Assembly: GCA_004764695.1 (NCBI GenBank)
Contig: SMSO01000031.1
Location: 410,436 to 474,435, forward strand
DNA length: 64,000 bases
From: Schizochytrium sp. TIO01
Taxonomy: Eukaryota; Protista; Bigyra: Labyrinthulomycetes
Direction of reading: 5' to 3'
Below, one piece after another: positions 59,379-64,000 of the stretch (within the stretch, counting starts at the first letter, position 1; every line of letters starts with the position of its first letter). The notes beneath the pieces are model-generated. The model was not told the DNA's origin. It did no database searches and saw nothing but the letters and a program-made list of their open reading frames with translations. The position numbers were made by a program, and so were the translations under genes.

Positions 59379-61679
59379 ATGACATCATTGATAACAGCTA
59401 GGGAGTCCATACCGCTATCTCAAGCTTTGCAGGATCTTGAGCTCAACAAACAGTCAAGTCTGTAAGTCTGTACACTTTTCAACTTGTTTAGTACTACAAT
59501 TTCACGATTGACCGAGCTGACATAATCTTGAGCTTTACATTTTCTTGCTTTTGGGTTTTGAAGTGTACTCATGGGCCCGACAGCATGTGGCAATACTGGC
59601 GCGAAAGACATTGCAGCTCTTTTAGAAAGGAATAAGACTTTGACATCACTTATGTAAGTGTAGTTTCAACTAGCTCGTAGGCTTTGAACTCTCAGCATAC
59701 TATCTTGACAAACTGAAAAGCCGAATTGTGGGCAGTATCTCATTCGCATTTTGTGTTTCTCCTTGATACTTAACTTGCCTTATTGAACAATTCTACTTTA
59801 TATCTAAAGGAGAGAAGAACTGACAGGTTATGTTGTGGTCAGGAATAATTGTGACTTCCAATTATCAAAACTTCGACAGGCTCGTAGATACCGCCCTTGA
59901 TCACGATGGCATTGCCATGTTGGCACTAGCGCTCAACAAGAATAGAACTCTCAGAGAGTTGTAGTAAGTTATGCTTTTGGGTATGTAGCATCTTCAGGGC
60001 AACCTTTCGATGATAGGATTTAGCCTTGTCTTTACTTACGCGTAAATGTTTATGTGTGGTAAACAGTCTCGGGTTAAATGTTATTGGACGAGTGGGTGCG
60101 TGTTCGCTCGCGAATGTGCTCAAAAGGAATACTTCTATTTTCCTTCTCGAGTACGTTACGAATTGATTTTTTTTCTTGAGATGCCAGAGAAATATATAAT
60201 TCACTTTAACTGACCTTCTCAATATTGATTGAAATACGTTTCTACTAAAATACGACTTCGACCCGGCTGTCATTGTATATTAGTTTATCTGGTTGCCAGA
60301 TCGGGGATGAAGGAGTGGAAGCTTTAGCAAATATGCTCCATTCTAACTCGACTCTTTCCTCAATCAAGTAAGTTATTAAGATCTCTACAGATCCTCTACG
60401 ATGTAGTTCAGAACAATATTGAAATGGCCACACCTGGTAGGAGCAGCTGTTTTATTTTTTATTTTTCGTACAATATTTGATATAACTAACGAGTCTTTTG
60501 CTTTGTTACCTTTGGAAAAATCAGTCTTCGCTTAAATAATGTCAATGATAGCGGTGCTGTGAACATAGCCAATGCACTCAAAGTCAACAAAGATTTAGTC
60601 TACCTGGAGTAAGTTTATTGTCAATAGCTTATACTTTACTGGTTTTATCTGAAGATAAATATTGCAACTGCAGGTTTCCAAACATCAAGTCTCAGAAGTT
60701 TGATTTTGAATTAACTGTATTGTATTGTTATTGTTGTTGTTGTTGTTGTTGTTGTAAACATTGCAGTCTTCGTGTAAATAATCTCGCTGAAAGAGGAGCT
60801 CAGGTTCTCATTGAAGCAGTGAAACAAAATCAGTATATTCAGTATCTCGAGTAAGTCTCATGCAGTCGTAGGGGGGTCATAATCGCCATAACTTTCAAGA
60901 CCCTTTGCTTGTGAAATTTAGCGTAACATACTGCCAACTGTACTTGAATTTCTAAATTAAGAGAAGGACACTCTTGAAAAACATTTAAAATAATGAAGAA
61001 ATGGAAAGAGTGCGTGAGACGTGCTCAGGTATTCTTTGATTAGTTTCTTCAATTGTTTTATTTACCTTTAAAACAAAGAGTTATCAAACAAGAAAAATGG
61101 TCAGTGAGGAAATGTTGTAACTAACCTCCCCTCTTATTTGCTGCTTGTTTGAACAGTATTGACGGCAAACCTCAGCCGTAAGTTTAAATGACATAGGTTT
61201 CCTAAATAGGGTTACTTCTCTATCTCCAAGTACTGCCCCTTCACTTGTGTTCCATTCGAAATAAGCTTTCATTAGTGATGGAAGGGTCTTTAACAAAAAG
61301 TAAGATTGCTCTTCATTTGTACTAACATTCTTTGAATTTTTTGAATTTTTTGAATTTTTCTTTGTGAAGTGAGTTGGAAAGACAACTTTCTTTCAATCGG
61401 GCATTGAAAAAGGCCCAGAATAAACTGCAAACCTTATACGAGATTCAAGGATTAGTTGCTGTCTCAAGAAAATATAACTTCCCTCTGGATGTTTCCACAA
61501 AGAGGTATCGAACGGATGAGTTTCTTGACTTCACCACTGAAGTTAGCCAATACCTCCATCTGATGTCAGTTGAGCCAAAGGTTGTTAAAATCAAAGCAAT
61601 ACAGAAGAAGATTGTTGATGCTCTTCAAGAATTGACAGAATTCGTCCCCCTTCTGACATCTTTGGTCCATTGTAAATAA
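59379..61679 (+). CDS. Ribonuclease-inhibitor-type LRR protein (NLRC3-LRR-like), ~307 aa, 9 exons
   Basis: Exons: 59379-59461, 59564-59653, 59880-59963, 60067-60150, 60284-60367, 60525-60608, 60767-60850, 61157-61177, 61370-61679 (924 nt total). All introns are phase 2 with GTAAGT/GTACGT donors, and several have CTAAC branch points. Translation includes CGNTGAKDIAALLERNKTLTSL, LSGCQIGDEGVEALANMLHSNSTL and LRLNNVNDSGAVNIANALKVNKDL. The ends are less certain; an extra 45-nt intron at 61672-61716 would extend the CDS to 61751. Confidence 0.85.
60727..60755. repeat. (TTG)n microsatellite in an LRR gene intron
   Basis: Directly visible. Confidence 0.9.
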
Positions 61680-62289
61680 ACTTTTTCTTCTCTTTTTTCT
61701 AACTTGTAATCTACAGGGCTGGGACATCTCAATCAAATGATTTTCTATTAGATCTCCTGGCCTGCTGCATTATCTCCAAGTACAAGTTGCAAATAACCCT
61801 TAGATTACATATTTTTTTAATAACATTTTTTGTACATTAAAAGTTGAAAAACATTCGCTAAGGAAGCGATTTTTATTTGATCAAAGACCATAATTTTGGT
61901 GATACATCAGATTGCTTCAGTTTGTGTGCAACCCTCTATAAGATGCGGCTCAGAGCAAGCGCCATAACTCGTGGCAGCTTTCATGGCACGGTAACGAGCA
62001 ACGAGATTGGGCGCAGATGTAATGTAAACTGTTACTGATTAGACGCCTAGTGCATAAACCATGCATATAAAATAGTATTCCAATTGATATGATCTTGGCT
62101 GAGCTCCAGAAAACCGTCGTTCACTATCTATGAGACTGGATAGTTCAATATTGTACTTTAACTTGGCGCCAAGCAGAGTCAATTTCTGGATGATTTGAAG
62201 GAGTGCTGCTCGGGGGCTGCTGGGGATAGATCCTAGGTGATGTTGGCTATGTGTTTGTTCATAGCCACATAGTTTCCGCTGCGGGAGAA

Positions 62290-63760
62290 TTATTGCCAAA
62301 ATGTCTGGAAAGCAAAGCACATCTCCGATGTTATTTCTGTTGGCCGAATGTTTCTCCATTCAGGTCGGTGAAGTTCGTTGTGATAGAGTGTATGTAAGCA
62401 GGGACGTAAAAGAAGGTGCACCTTTTTACGTCCCATTACTAAGTGTGGATCGAGATACTGATGGCTCAAGGAAATCTGATTCATCTTCTTTTTTGTAGGT
62501 AGATCTTGTAAGAAAGTAGCCAAGTGAGAAATTAAATTGTTCTTCACTAAAGCAGGGGGGATTTAAAAAAAGATCTAATCGTCTTAATTGTGCACTCACA
62601 TACTTTGTATATATATTTAGCCAGTTATAGTCAATCCAAACAAAACAGATCAGTTTTCTTCATTATCATCTATTCCGAGAGAGCATATTATTGCTCTCTA
62701 GTATTCTGATCTATCTACCTTTTCAATACCAAATTAAGTTTATACTTTATACACTTTTATATAATATGTCTTAATCAACAAAACATGCAAATATAACAAT
62801 AAATATCAAAATTTTATAAAATATAATAATTATTTTAAATTCAAAAAAAATAAAATTAGATTTTATATCAATTTGTATTTAATTATTATATTTTGATAAA
62901 TATTTATATTTAAATTTAAAATAACAAGTTTGATTACTTGAGAGCTCATAATATATAAGCAATAAAAAGTACTCTAACTTTCATATCGCAGCTTAGACAA
63001 GTGACGACTTTGATACTCTCATTTCCTTTATACTGACTGAACTAAATTGACTTCGATCCTAGCAATTTTTAAAATATAAAGACTTTTTCACATGCTCCTA
63101 TAGGTTTTAGTGATTCTTCTTTCATACCACTGGTCTCCTACTTAATCATGTTTTCAAAATAACAAAACCAATACTCAACTCTGGATTACGATAAGAGATA
63201 ACCAAAAAATATTGAAGACTATCTCTCACGCTTTGAACCACTTGAATTATCAGCAGGAGAGTATTGTGATGAAAAATCAGCACTAAACTGACACAACATA
63301 TATTTATATTAATAGTACTCAGGAAATAAAATGACATAAATTTCACCTTCCACATGCAGATTTGTGATTTGAATCAGAAACCCATATTTCAAAAGTGATT
63401 GTATTTATAGAGGAAATACTAGGGCAGTAATCTAGTTTGCACAGTTCCCAAAGTCATGATATCACATTGGTAGATATTTATAGGACTAATATAGCCGCGA
63501 GGTGTTCAGTGTGAGGGGAGCAAACGAGTGCTCATTCTTAGAATTTTGAGTGAACAAACTAAGACACGAAGATCTGATGGTAAATAACATCCGCAAAACT
63601 ATGGTAGACGTTGCAGTGGCTTTCTAAGGGTCTGAATAGCTGTTTTCCCGGTATACTGCATATTTATTCACTATTTAAACTCTTGAAGGTTCCAAAACAT
63701 ACTCACCTATAGTGTGGAGCAGAGTCTTGAACTTTTTAATACGCACCTTCCTCTAGGCAT
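62290..63760 (-). other. Possible short exons of an intron-rich gene or gene relic entering from the right edge
   Basis: Minus-strand fragments flanked by splice-like signals, e.g. AG|RKVRIKKFKTLLHTI|GTGAGT (~63752-63707), ISSINTITFEIWVSDSNHKSACG and DQWYEREESLKPIG. I could not assemble a clean model. Confidence 0.25.
62730..62930. other. Extremely AT-rich low-complexity tract
   Basis: Almost entirely A/T over ~200 bp. Confidence 0.8.
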
Positions 63761-64000
63761 TGAGTTGTAATGCCCATATGAAAACTTATTTATGCTTTAA
63801 TAATCAAACAAATATTTCTTTTCTAGACAGCTAAGCGATTTCTTTTGCATTGCGAATTATTCTGGATTTGTCAACCAGGTGGTTCACCAACCAAAGGCTG
63901 CAGAATCAGGAAAGCTCATAAAAGGATTTTTACTAGGCCTTTCCAGCTTGTATGGTTCCTAATTTTAATTTCTTCATTAAATATTTAACAATACTAACTT

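Overview
Eukaryotic nuclear DNA: canonical GT-AG introns with GTRAGT donors and CTAAC branch points, microsatellite-rich intergenic DNA and very long intronless genes. The protein content and gene style suggest a stramenopile, probably a thraustochytrid/labyrinthulomycete (inference). In order the window holds: (1) a >1,990-codon minus-strand coiled-coil ORF running off the left edge, missed by the ORF track; (2) a 3-exon stand-alone SWIB/MDM2-domain gene, also missed; (3) a GCIP/CCNDBP1-like gene; (4) a DIxGA / PLxPxY repeat protein; (5) one giant ~36.5-kb gene (~12,180 aa) split into three ORFs by a -1 and a +1 frameshift; (6) a 9-exon RI-like LRR gene with one LRR per 84-nt exon; (7) possible exons of a minus-strand gene at the right edge. 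The giant gene encodes signal peptide - 2 LamG - 2 cadherin-like - ~60 IPT/TIG - Cys-rich GCC2/GCC3-type repeats - multipass membrane domain - cytoplasmic tail. The most striking observation lies inside it: arrays of an uncharacterised ~95-aa 'EVQ' domain are inserted into one loop of IPT domains and appear recursively nested. Opening strands are stacked first and an equal number of domain bodies follow (4+4 and 9+9), which predicts a branched, tree-like single polypeptide.
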